A stretch of 64,000 bases of DNA from the IMG/VR virus record IMGVR_UViG_3300050343_000163; one strand, 5' to 3'. This stretch comes from a virus. This document shows, piece by piece, positions 47,158 to 58,700 of the stretch. The notes below the pieces were generated by a model that was not told where the DNA came from, did no database searches, and was given only the letters and a program-made list of their open reading frames with translations. Each line of letters starts with the position of its first letter. Positions within the stretch are counted from its first letter, which is position 1. Both the position numbers and the translations under genes were made by a program.

Positions 47158-50100
47158 TTATTTCTTAGTAATAGTAGATACGATAGTGATCTCGATTTGA
47201 TGACCAGTGGTGAGGTCTGATCCAACTGTAAAATTGATTCTAGCAAAGTTGCCAGATGTTCTTTCAAAAGTAGGGACAATTAGTTGTTGTCCTGTTCTGA
47301 CATTACCATACTCTGTATGGAAGATGTCTGTTCCATTATCTATAATACCAAACTCAAAGAATTCTCTATCATTATTATTTAAGTTCTCAGCAACTACAAC
47401 TGTCTTAGCTCCTACCGCTGCTTGAGCATCGTAGATATCAGATCCACTGGAGTTTGCAGAACCTTTTGTTAGAGTTACTTTTTCTGTCAAGATCTTAGTG
47501 TCTGCAAGTTCAAACTCTTTGAGATCTCCATCAAAAACTTTTACTCCAGTAAAGTTACCTGTACCAAATGAGGTATTGAAATAAACATCACCTTGATTGT
47601 CAAGTCTAAGAACTGGGTCAACTGATAAACCACCTGAAAGACCTAAGTCAAAATATTGCTTACTGGTATGTAAGAATGTTCTATCTGTTTGAGTATTATC
47701 AAGAGTTGTTTCAGCATTATCAAATGTCATCAAGCTTGCTGTAATTTCAAACTCGCTAGATGTGCTTGAGATAATAGTATCTACGCTGTAGAATTCAAGT
47801 GCGGATGCGGTAAGACGCATCGTATTTGTTCCATCATTGTAGAAGTATAATATGTTTTCGTTTGCACCAGGTGCAGTTTCGGGAATAATATAAGTGTTTT
47901 GATCAACGTCTTTTACTCCACCAAGAGAACCCCAGTTGGTTCCGTCATATCCTTCAAACTGACCAGCAGTTGTATTGAATCTAACACCACCCTGTATTAC
48001 TGAACCTCTGTCTGCATCAGAACCAGATGGAAGTGCTAAACTGGTATTTGTATTACATACAATTTTCTTACCAGAGTTTGGTTGTAAAGTAATATCATTA
48101 AGATCTGTAGAGATAATGTTATCTCTAAGTCTTAAATCTCCATTGATTACTAAAGGAGAAGAACCTAATGGATCTAATCTAATTTCTTCAACGTCAACAA
48201 ATGTTAGAGGACCAACTGCAAGACCCCAGAAAGTTAATGTGCAGCTACCATTAGTTACAGCACCACTTGTATGTGTAGGTTCATTACCACTTGTAGCAGT
48301 GTTACCTGCTACTGTAACTTCGTATAAATTATTTTTGTGCTTTAGATATGCACCAACTAGTACAGGTGCATTAGCAATCCAATCTGTAAATGCTGGAGCA
48401 GATGTATTTGCAGACTTGATAGTCTTATTAGTTCTAAACTCTAATTCATTTGGTGTAAATTTAACAGTATTAGATCCATCATTGTAGAACCAAAGTGTGT
48501 TATCATTAGAACCAATTGAAAGTTCTGCAGTAATGTAAGTATTACCATCTAGATCTCTAATACCACCAAGTGAAGACCAAGAAGAGGAAGAAGCACTATA
48601 ACCTTCATATTGATTACTATCTGTGTTATATCTGATCGATCCATTTTCTGCGGCACTAGCACCAGGACGTTGTGCAGATGTACCAGCAGGAATGTTGATA
48701 GAACCAAAACCAGTAACTTTGGTGACCTTACCAGTAGGTGCAGTTAGAACTAGGTCACTACCAGCATCGGTAGAAATAACATTATTCTCAATAGTTATTT
48801 TGTCATTGATATTTAATTTATCTGTAGTCTTAAGTTCACCCGAAGTAAGAACGTTACCGTCTGCCTGAGTAACAGTCAATCCACCAACTGTAAAGTCTGC
48901 AGTAGACTCTACAGAAGTTCCTGTTAAAGTAAGAGCAGCATCTGAAGTAATTAATGGAGTTGTAACGCTAGTGGTTGCTGCAACAGTTGTAGAAGAAACA
49001 TCAGGAGCACTGAGAGTATCAATAGTACCTTCAGTAGCTTTAATATCAGCAACAGTTACCTCACCAGTAAGAACTTCCATTGTGACGATATTCACAGATG
49101 AAATATCCGTAGCTCTTAGAATTAATCCACTACCAAATACTTTAGGATTATTTGGATCAATGGTGATTAATGCTTCTTGATTATCTTCACCACCTTCATT
49201 TTCATGACCAATACCAGAATTACAGAAATAGTAAAGGTTTGGAGTTACAGAAGTAACAGTTAGATCGAGATAGTCATTACCTTTCTCTACACCATCAGTA
49301 TATTCAACACCAGAGAAATTAACAACCACAGCACCTGCTGTAGTTGGAAGAAGAGAAACAGTTACTTGAGTAGCACTATCAATAGAAACAACTCTTGTAT
49401 CAGATGCTAATACACCAGCACCGCTAACAGTTGAAACAAGCATTCCTTCTACAATTCCTGTAGTGGATGCCACGGTTAGAGTATAACTAGCTACATCTAA
49501 TGTTGTGCTAACATTCTCTACTAAACTTGGAGCATATGGTCCGTCTCTAAATTCACTAAGAGCAAATTGGTGACCAGATACACTGTTATCACTCAAATCA
49601 AATCTATAAGTGTTACCAACATAAATTGTCCACGATGGAGTAATTTGTGGTCCAGATCCAACGTCAATTAAGAATCTAAATTCAAGAACAGATGCTGTAT
49701 CAACTGTATATTGTGTTCCAGCAGCACCAGTCTTAACAAATGTATTTCCAGAAGTAAATAAAGTTGCTTGATCTACTTCAATTAAGATAGTAGAAATATT
49801 ACCACTGCCATCTAAAGCAATATCTACAATTGTAACTGGGGTGGCAACATTTACGGTGTCTGCTGTAATTGTAATATCATCTGCAGGCGTAGCTCCACCA
49901 ATTAAGTTACCAGCAATAGTTAAAGTATCACTATTAGAGTATCCTAGACCAGCAGCATTGAGAGTTACGCCAATAATTAAACCATTGGTGCTTCTCTCTA
50001 CATCAAATGTTGCACCACTACCACCACCAGCAGATGTTGATGCAACACCAGTAAATGATCCCTGCTCATCTGATGTGAATGTTAGGTTGATACTAGCAGT

Positions 50101-52545
50101 TTGAAGGAATGCAGCAGATAGTGTTACTTGAGTTGCACTATCAACAGATGCAACAGTGACATTAACTCCAATGTTACCACTTGCGTCTTCTGTTACTTGG
50201 TCTCCAATATTAATACCAGTCGTGTCTGCAAGAGTTGCAGTAAACTGTCCTTGGACACAACTACAAGCAAGAGGACCAGTTGTAGCTGGTGTAATATCAC
50301 CACCAGTAAATGAAATATTTGTAATATCTCCAGCTAACTCTTCTAGTGTATCGCTACTAGTAATTGTTGTACCAGCAATAGTTTGAATTGCAGTAATCTT
50401 TTGAACGTCTTTAACCGTTACTGGATAACTGATAGGTTGAGTTAGGTCACCAGCATTTGCTGTAAACTCATCATCTGCAGAGTAACCGTTACCTACGTTA
50501 ACTAAAGTGAAACTTCCTACTTCGCCAAGAGTGTCAATTGTGTAACTAAAATCGTCCGCTGGGTCGCCAAATGCAGGAACAAAATTAACAACAGTCGGTC
50601 CAAGTGCAGTTGGAGCATCTGATAATGTAACAGTGGTAGCACTATCAACGTTAGCAATAGTTGTGTCTGCTGTTAATACACCTGTACCACTTACTTTTTC
50701 TACTTTATATCCAATAGAAAGTCCTGTTGTATCTGCAAGAGTAAGTTCGTTTGGATTTGAAGTAGAGAACGTTACATTTGCTGCACCAGCTACAATTGGA
50801 TTTGAAGACAGTGTTAATTGTGTTCCACTATCAATAGATACGATTGTGGTTGCCTGATCAAGTTGTCCAACGTCTCCAGCAGCTCCATTTGCGTTTAGTC
50901 CTGCTTGTAAACTAGATGTATCTGAAATAGTAATCTGAGCACTGCCTGTGCTTAGAGTTGCAGAGAATGCTGCAGATTCGCCAGGTAAGTATACAGATTG
51001 ATTTGCAATTTGTGCAGGTAGTCTTAGTACATCACCAACTTGATATCCAGATCCTCTGTCATTTAGAATAAAATTAGTAAGATCACCAGGAACATTGGTA
51101 ACTGTAAATTGGAACCCAGATCCACCACCATTTCCTACAGTAGAATCAGCTACGCTAAGTACATCTGTATTTTGGTAACCAGCACCACTATCAGTAATTG
51201 TTACACTAGTAACTGTACCTGTATTAACAACGTTGTTAACTGTGTAAAGGAATCCAGATCCTGTTCCGCCAATATTTACAAATGCTAATTGTAGTCTATC
51301 TCCATTTTTATATGTGATACCTGGATTAGTCCAAGTAACATCACTCACTATGCCTCCTGAAACAGTGACATCAGCAAAACCTTGCCATCCATAGTAAGTA
51401 TAAGTTGATGTGTCTTGTAGGGTAATATTACCGCCTGCAGGACCCATTCCAGGATGGTTTGCACAATCATAACGAACAATTTGAGTACCTGTATTACAAT
51501 CAGGTTTCATTACAACATCAGTAAAGCATCCTGCCTGACCATGAACACCAGCAGTAAACCATTCAAACTTATCTCGGAAGTCAATACCGTTGCCATTAGC
51601 AAGTTGGAAAGTTAATCTATGATCACTTCCTGCTTGTCCTGGATTAGCTCCTGCTATTGATGCGTCAGAAAGATCAAACCTATACGTGTTACCAACATCT
51701 AATGTCAGTTGAGGTTTATCTGCTCCATCAATGTTGTAGATAAAGTTTGGTTCACCTGCTTGTCCCGCATTGGGGTTAGCTACAGAAGTAACAACAAATG
51801 TTTGAACTGGTTCGTTGAAGAAAGATGATTGAGAATACACTGCGTCAGTGTATCCAGAACCAGCATTGGTAATAGTACCAGATGGTGTTGATGATCCATC
51901 AATTTCAATGGTAGCTTCTGCTCCAGATCCATTCCCTCCTGTAAGAGGTACTGCAGTATAAGTTCCTGGAAAATAAGCAGAACCAGCAGTTGTAAGAGTA
52001 CCTTCAAGAGCAGTAATCGTGAAACTAGCAGTTGCTCCAGTTCCATTGCCTCCACCAAGAGGAATTGTTAAATAATCGCCAGGTGTATAACCAGTTCCAG
52101 CATTTGTAATAGAACCATCAAATGATAGAACTTCAATGTCTGCAGTAGCGTTTTGTCCAGTACCACCAATTAAAGGAACTTCTGTATATGTACCAGTATC
52201 ATATCCACTACCACCACTAACTAAAGTAACTAGCGATTGTGCTAGTTTTCTTTGCTGAATATTAAAATCTTGATATGCTGTAAGTTCTGATAACTTATAG
52301 TCAATAATTTTCTTACCACTATTGACAAACCCTAGAGTTTTTATACCAGCTTTGTAGATACCTAATTGTGTATCTGTACTAAACTTAAGTGAAGGATCGC
52401 CAACTAGACCGTCTCCTAGTTGTAAGTTACCTGTTGATAGATCACTACCACCAGATGTGACGTTGAAAAGAGCTGTGCTAAGTTGATTGATCTTTTGCCT
52501 TTGAGACTCAAAGGTATCAGTCTTAGCTACGTTAATTGCTGGCAT
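47158..52545 (-). CDS. Large virion structural protein, 1795 aa
   Basis: TDTFESQRQKIN N-terminus, GSGY repeats, duplicated RYNT...EGY...W.SLGG modules. Confidence 0.85.
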   Translation of the reverse strand: MPAINVAKTDTFESQRQKINQLSTALFNVTSGGSDLSTGNLQLGDGLVGDPSLKFSTDTQLGIYKAGIKTLGFVNSGKKIIDYKLSELTAYQDFNIQQRKLAQSLVTLVSGGSGYDTGTYTEVPLIGGTGQNATADIEVLSFDGSITNAGTGYTPGDYLTIPLGGGNGTGATASFTITALEGTLTTAGSAYFPGTYTAVPLTGGNGSGAEATIEIDGSSTPSGTITNAGSGYTDAVYSQSSFFNEPVQTFVVTSVANPNAGQAGEPNFIYNIDGADKPQLTLDVGNTYRFDLSDASIAGANPGQAGSDHRLTFQLANGNGIDFRDKFEWFTAGVHGQAGCFTDVVMKPDCNTGTQIVRYDCANHPGMGPAGGNITLQDTSTYTYYGWQGFADVTVSGGIVSDVTWTNPGITYKNGDRLQLAFVNIGGTGSGFLYTVNNVVNTGTVTSVTITDSGAGYQNTDVLSVADSTVGNGGGSGFQFTVTNVPGDLTNFILNDRGSGYQVGDVLRLPAQIANQSVYLPGESAAFSATLSTGSAQITISDTSSLQAGLNANGAAGDVGQLDQATTIVSIDSGTQLTLSSNPIVAGAANVTFSTSNPNELTLADTTGLSIGYKVEKVSGTGVLTADTTIANVDSATTVTLSDAPTALGPTVVNFVPAFGDPADDFSYTIDTLGEVGSFTLVNVGNGYSADDEFTANAGDLTQPISYPVTVKDVQKITAIQTIAGTTITSSDTLEELAGDITNISFTGGDITPATTGPLACSCVQGQFTATLADTTGINIGDQVTEDASGNIGVNVTVASVDSATQVTLSAAFLQTASINLTFTSDEQGSFTGVASTSAGGGSGATFDVERSTNGLIIGVTLNAAGLGYSNSDTLTIAGNLIGGATPADDITITADTVNVATPVTIVDIALDGSGNISTILIEVDQATLFTSGNTFVKTGAAGTQYTVDTASVLEFRFLIDVGSGPQITPSWTIYVGNTYRFDLSDNSVSGHQFALSEFRDGPYAPSLVENVSTTLDVASYTLTVASTTGIVEGMLVSTVSGAGVLASDTRVVSIDSATQVTVSLLPTTAGAVVVNFSGVEYTDGVEKGNDYLDLTVTSVTPNLYYFCNSGIGHENEGGEDNQEALITIDPNNPKVFGSGLILRATDISSVNIVTMEVLTGEVTVADIKATEGTIDTLSAPDVSSTTVAATTSVTTPLITSDAALTLTGTSVESTADFTVGGLTVTQADGNVLTSGELKTTDKLNINDKITIENNVISTDAGSDLVLTAPTGKVTKVTGFGSINIPAGTSAQRPGASAAENGSIRYNTDSNQYEGYSASSSSWSSLGGIRDLDGNTYITAELSIGSNDNTLWFYNDGSNTVKFTPNELEFRTNKTIKSANTSAPAFTDWIANAPVLVGAYLKHKNNLYEVTVAGNTATSGNEPTHTSGAVTNGSCTLTFWGLAVGPLTFVDVEEIRLDPLGSSPLVINGDLRLRDNIISTDLNDITLQPNSGKKIVCNTNTSLALPSGSDADRGSVIQGGVRFNTTAGQFEGYDGTNWGSLGGVKDVDQNTYIIPETAPGANENILYFYNDGTNTMRLTASALEFYSVDTIISSTSSEFEITASLMTFDNAETTLDNTQTDRTFLHTSKQYFDLGLSGGLSVDPVLRLDNQGDVYFNTSFGTGNFTGVKVFDGDLKEFELADTKILTEKVTLTKGSANSSGSDIYDAQAAVGAKTVVVAENLNNNDREFFEFGIIDNGTDIFHTEYGNVRTGQQLIVPTFERTSGNFARINFTVGSDLTTGHQIEITIVSTITKK

Positions 52546-52738
52546 TTTTTATTAATCCGTGCAGTAGTGATTTGAGTTCAGAGACTTCATTCTTCAATGT
52601 ATTTATGTCGTCCAATGCGGAACTTAACTGCATAGATTTCCTTCTTGCAGCTATAGCAGAATCGTCCAAATTCAAGATGGCACCAGTGTTTTGGTCTCTT
52701 ACGAGACCATCATGTCCATCAACTTTTACAAAGTCCAT
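52532..52738 (-). CDS. Small conserved protein, 68 aa
   Basis: VKVDGHDGLVRDQNTGAILN plus a coiled-coil tail; follows the VrlC-like gene. Confidence 0.8.
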   Translation of the reverse strand: MDFVKVDGHDGLVRDQNTGAILNLDDSAIAARRKSMQLSSALDDINTLKNEVSELKSLLHGLIKNASN

Positions 52739-52747
52739 ATGCGGAAA

Positions 52748-55700
52748 TTAGAATGCAGCAACTGCACGGATGTCTTGGATCTTAGGTACATATGCTGGAT
52801 CCACACCTTTCATTACAATTTTGATTGCAAACGATGAATATTCTGGTAAATTTGATGCAGTATATTTAAGATCTTGATATGCAGATTGCTTCTCTACAAT
52901 TCCAGAAATTGTGTTTTCACTAGTTGCAATTTCGTATGTGTCTGGTTCTCCTTTTTTATTAAAGTAGATCCAATCAATATCGTCAAAGTTTTCTTGACTT
53001 GATGCTTTCTTAAACTTATAGAATACTTCTAAGTTTGAAATATCTTTGACGTTTGCAAGTAGATGTACATCAATTGCAGTAGCTGGACTTGTAATGGAAA
53101 CTTCTTTGGTTATATACTTAGCAACAGCAGATCCATTCTTAGATGTATCTTCACCAACAAAGTCTAAACCATTTGTATACATTACTTTACCAACCTCAAG
53201 ATATGACTTCTCTTCATCTGGTTGATTAGGATACTTAACAAAGTCTCCTACACGGAAGATATCAGCAATTTGATCTGCAACAACAGCATTTCTATTATAT
53301 AAAGCACTATCAATAATTCTATCTGTGAAGTTATTATTGATAGGATTCGCATCAACTCTTAAAGTTAACTTTTGTGTTTGACTATTCCAGATAGTAGCTT
53401 TACCAGTGATAATATTATCATATGTCTCTAACATAACAGATGGATTGCGTGCTACGATAGTTGCAGCATCTGCAATAGTTGTTAGAACTTGAGTTGGATT
53501 TGAATCTACTGTAACTGCACTAAGACCTAATTGATTTCCTAGAGTTACAGTTTCTCCTTTCTGGAAGAATTGACTTGTCTTAACTCTTACGTATACAACT
53601 TGACCGACAACTCTAGCAATAGTTCCTACTGCTTTGGTAGTAGATCCTTTGATTGTCTGGTTATCTTGTAGATCAGTACCACCATTACCCGCAAGATTAA
53701 ATTGATAAACTGGATAGAATTCAATAACTTGATCTCTTCTTCCAAATCTATCTTCTTGTCCAGTAGCATTTTCAATTCTATTTGATACTGTTTTAACAGT
53801 AGCACTAGAGAGATCAATAATTGGACTCAAATGAGACACAGTAGACGATAGAGTCATCTTATATGTAAGTGACCGAGATAGATTGTTTAAAGTTTCATTA
53901 ATATTAGATGCAATAAACTTCTGATTAGTGAAGTAATGTGGTTCATTCAAGAAAGTCTTTTCATAATCAGGTTGTGAATATGAAGTATAGTTAGTTGTAG
54001 TAGAGTCTACTGGAACAACATCAGTTGTTTTAACTTCTGTTGATAAAGTAGTTCCAGTAAATGATAGATAAGAAACTTGTGGATATAGAGTTTCATACTT
54101 TCTGTTTGTAGATGCATATACTGCAGATCCACCACCAATAGAATTACCAGCAGCTTGAGAACTAGAAATAATATTATATGAATCAATACCAGAATTACTT
54201 ACTTGGAATAATGTGCTATTTAAAACTGATGATGTAATACCACCTGTTTCTAATGCAGTCCTATAGAAAACATAAGAACCACCAGTATCTTCAAAACTGT
54301 GATCTCTATGATTTACTTTAACAATAGAATTATTATTCTTGAATAACTTAGAACTGGAGTTGGTATTAGCACTTGCGTTTGTCTCGAATGGATTTTGATC
54401 TAGAAGTTCATAACCAAGACCTTTATTCTTAACTAGAAGTTCTGCTGGTCTAGTTGTATCAAACTGAGCACGATACATAGTGAACTTAAGATCCTCGAAG
54501 ATATCTTCAGTCCAACTTTCGGTATTCTGGGAACGGTATACCGAACCTAGAGATGGTTGAGTTGTAATAACCGTACTTGTAGCAATATCAGTATCACCAA
54601 GTTTAGAAGACCATAGTTCATAATCAATCGAATCTGTTTCAACAATAAGAGCATACTCTGTATTATTTTGTAGATATACAGGATAATCAAATGCAAAGTG
54701 TGTAGGTGTGGTAGATTGAGTTACTCCTGTTTGATCAGTAGCTACACCCATTCTAACTGCAGGTGTGTCAATCTCGATGAATGTCTGAATTTCACATCCT
54801 CCAGCACCATTACCAACACCTTTAATAACAACAGAAGGTGCTTCTGTATATCCAAAACCAGATAGCGAAATCTCAGTATTGTAAATCTTACCACCTGATA
54901 CTTCGATTCTTGCAGTAGCAGTAGAACCACCAGGTAATTGTGGACTCTCAATAGTTAGAATTGCACTGTCATAGTTAAGACCAGTATTTGTAACTCTAAT
55001 ATCAGATAACTTACCACTATCTTTTGCAATAGCAAGAACAAAGTCTGTTGCATTTGTTGCATTTGCAAGAGTTACAGACGGAATAGTTAGGTCTTCATTA
55101 GGACGGAAAGATTTTCCATTGTGGTTGCTTAGAACTACAGTATAAACTTGCTCATTGGTGAGACTATATTTACCAGATGCAGTAGCTACTAGTTCTACAT
55201 TATTCTTATCAAAGATCTTGAGGATAGGACCAGAAGCAGCAGAAGATGCACCAGTTACATTTTCTCCTTGGGTAACTGACATATTTCCACTAGCAAAACA
55301 CTTGATAAAAGTATTTGGAGATAAGGTTTTTTCAGAACCAGGAATAATATTCTTGGCAGGTTTCTCTGCATCTACATTGGTGATGTAAGTCTTAACAGGA
55401 ATATTTGTACTCTTCTTACTGAAATATAAATCTAGACCAGTTACGAAACATCCACCATCTAAATTTTCAATTTTAAATGTTTGAGCTAGTGGATTTGGTC
55501 TAATAGGATTGTCAGTGTTACTTTCAATAAACTGAACACCCTCATTAGATTTAAAGATTGATGGTTTTGTAGATACAATACTAGAGGGATTTTCTGGTAA
55601 AATACCAGTAGCATAATACTTAATTTCTGTATAAGAATCTACACCAAGTTTTGATTCATTAGTTGCACTAGAAGTAAATCTAAATGTTAGTTCACCAGTA

Positions 55701-58700
55701 GTGAAGTTTAATTCTTCTGCATCTTCATCATAAGATACAGTATCAACATCTCCAGACCATGTAGCATTTTGTGTTGGAGGATTGCCAGCAGGAATAATAA
55801 TCAAACCAGATGCATTACCATATTCATCTGTAGTAATTGTTCCATTAAATGCAGATAGTGAGTTACCAGCAATGCCAGTATATCTCAAATCAGGATTGAC
55901 CCAACGACTAATATCTCTTCCTTCTAAGAACACATAGATTTTAGTGTTGGGTTTCATTCTACCAATTTTAAATTTAACAGGAAGACTTCTAGTATAGAAA
56001 GCTAAAGATGTAGAAACAATGTTATCACCAACAATTTTAGTCTGTACACCTTTTCCTACCTCATTATTTTGAGGACTAATATTAGAAGAACTACCAACCG
56101 ATGCTGATGTTACAGAAGTAGATGCAATTTGAGAATTAACACCACCTAAAGAATTAATTGATGTAAATGTCGAAGATGCTCCAACCCAATTGACTACAAA
56201 AGAATTAAAGAGACTGGAGAAACTCTCTTTTACATTTTCTTTAGCTAGGAAAATATTAAAGAGATCTGTGTTTGTATCAACAACTACAGGTTCTTCTGTT
56301 TGATCATACCATTGATCAATAGCAGGAGAAAGATCACTATCACCAACATATTGAAGAACAACAAATGGATTTGGATTTAATTTTCCAGAAGCAAAACTAT
56401 TTCCTAATAGAGATAGTGGAGAGTATGGTAGAGTTACCATATTACCAATTTTCTTATAACCAGAAACAGTTCTTTGATCTTCTCTAGTATTAACTTCTAC
56501 GAGATTAATAGAATCTTCTTTTGCTTGTGGACGTAAGACACTTTGCTGACTGTCTACTGCACATCTGTAATCAAGAGAAGATAGATTGCCAACTCTATGT
56601 GCTTCAAAATTATCGACAAAGAATCCAGACTTAAATCTATCAAGTCCAATCTCATCCTTAACTTGCATGTTAAGAGCTTGCTGTTCTAAGATGCTGAGTG
56701 TAGTATAATACTCAAGACGCTCAATACGCTTCTCCAATTTACCAATGTCACGCATTGTGTAACGACGGTTATCAACTGGAGTAATCCTTACATCCTTACT
56801 GGTCTTTGTGAATGCAGGAATATGTGCATAGAAAAGAGGCACAGCATCTTCAATAGGATCTGGTTTGGATGGGTTGAGTGAAGAGTTACCTTCTTTGATG
56901 ATAAAGTTTCCATTCTGATCTAAGAAGATACCATCAATACGATCCAAGTATTGTTTCTGACTGAAAGAGAATGTAAACTCTAGATTTATATCAGGAGCAG
57001 GACTACTTGCAATAATAGCACCAGAACCAGCAAAGGATCCTTGAGTTCGTTCTAATATTGCAGTATCAAGGAAACCAGGAATAATAGCAGTGGTATCTAC
57101 TTTTGGTCTAAAATCAATAACATTTTTGAGTTCTGTAATACCAAGAACTGAAGAATTGAAGGAAGGAACTTCATCTTCAGCAACACCTGCATCATGCAGA
57201 TAGCTATCGATTGTACAGAAATCACCTTGTGAATGCTCAAAGTAATCAAAAGCAATTACAAGTTGACCAGTTGTTTCTTCAAAACCAGGTTTTAGAACAA
57301 TACGAGAAACATCATAGATTGTATCTCTCTGACCATCATCAAATGTATATCTTGATGTAACATCAGTACCAGAAATTAGATTACCAGCAGTATCAATCTG
57401 CGGTGGTTGAGAAGAAGTTCCCTCATAAACATATCTAAGTTTAAATGCATCAGAGTATGATAGAATTTCTACAACTTCTGTATCATAGTCTGTTCCTCTT
57501 AGAGGTACAACACGGTCACCAGCAGATGTAACTGTAATTCTCTTATTTCTAACTACAGTCTTAAGTCTTGGTTTTGCGTTAGATACTTCTAAAGTTGCAG
57601 TCAACTTAAGTTTAGGGAATGTTCCATTAGCAGGAATAGTACCAAAGTATGTTGTTGGTAACTGTAAACTAATACTACCAGAAGTAAGACCACTGGATGT
57701 ATCAGTAGAAGAAGTAATCTCTACATCATCTTCTTCTAAAAAGATAATATCACCCTTAACAATATCAGGTGCATCACCAGGATCAATAACAGTAATAATT
57801 AAATTTTCTTCACTGAATGCAGCAAACCTTTGTGTTCCAAATGGTAATTGTGCAGCAAAAGTAATAACACCACCACCAGAAGATGCAGTAGTTACAAAAT
57901 CTCTACGGAAGAAATATTTGATCTTGGTGTCATCGCCACCAGCAGAAACTTGAGAAATTTGCTTGCTTCCAGTAGAAAACAGAAGTGTGCCACTTGTAGA
58001 ATTGTCTACCTTTGGACGTAACCTTACAATACTTGCATTAGTAACAGAACCTGGTAAAGCTGTGTCTAGATAAATTCTAGATTTATATGCTCCCTCTTGT
58101 TGTGTAGCAAATTGTACAATTGCACGAACTAAGTTGTTGTCATCGTCAGAGAATTGAATTAGATCTCCTTGTTGTACATCAGTAGATGCATCAGCACTAA
58201 AACTAGTAGACTCAACAAAAGTAGAACCCTGAGTACCAAAGAATGTATAATTTGTTACAGTTTTAATTTGTGAATACTTTTGACTGTTAATTACAACATC
58301 TGCAGAGAAACTATTTGCATTTCCTGAACCATAGGAACAACCAAGAGACTTGACATTCTGTGGAGTGTAAGTAGTTACTGTATCTCTATAAAGAACTGGA
58401 ACAATAGCAGCAGCTGAATTTGGAGCTCCAGAAGCATCTGGATTCTTAGCTGTTACAGCTGGTGGTTGTGCATACTCTACACCAACAGCAGATCTATTGC
58501 TAATCGCTGCTTTATAAATTTTTCCATCAACACTCTTTAATAATTCAATTTTAGAATTATCATATTCTAATCCATTAATTAAAAGTGTTACACCATCTGC
58601 ATATCCTAAACCTCTATTCTGCACAACAAAATGTGAGATAGTATTTTCTTTAGCAATTCTTACAGTATTACCATCTTCATCTCTAATTGTTTCACCAGGT

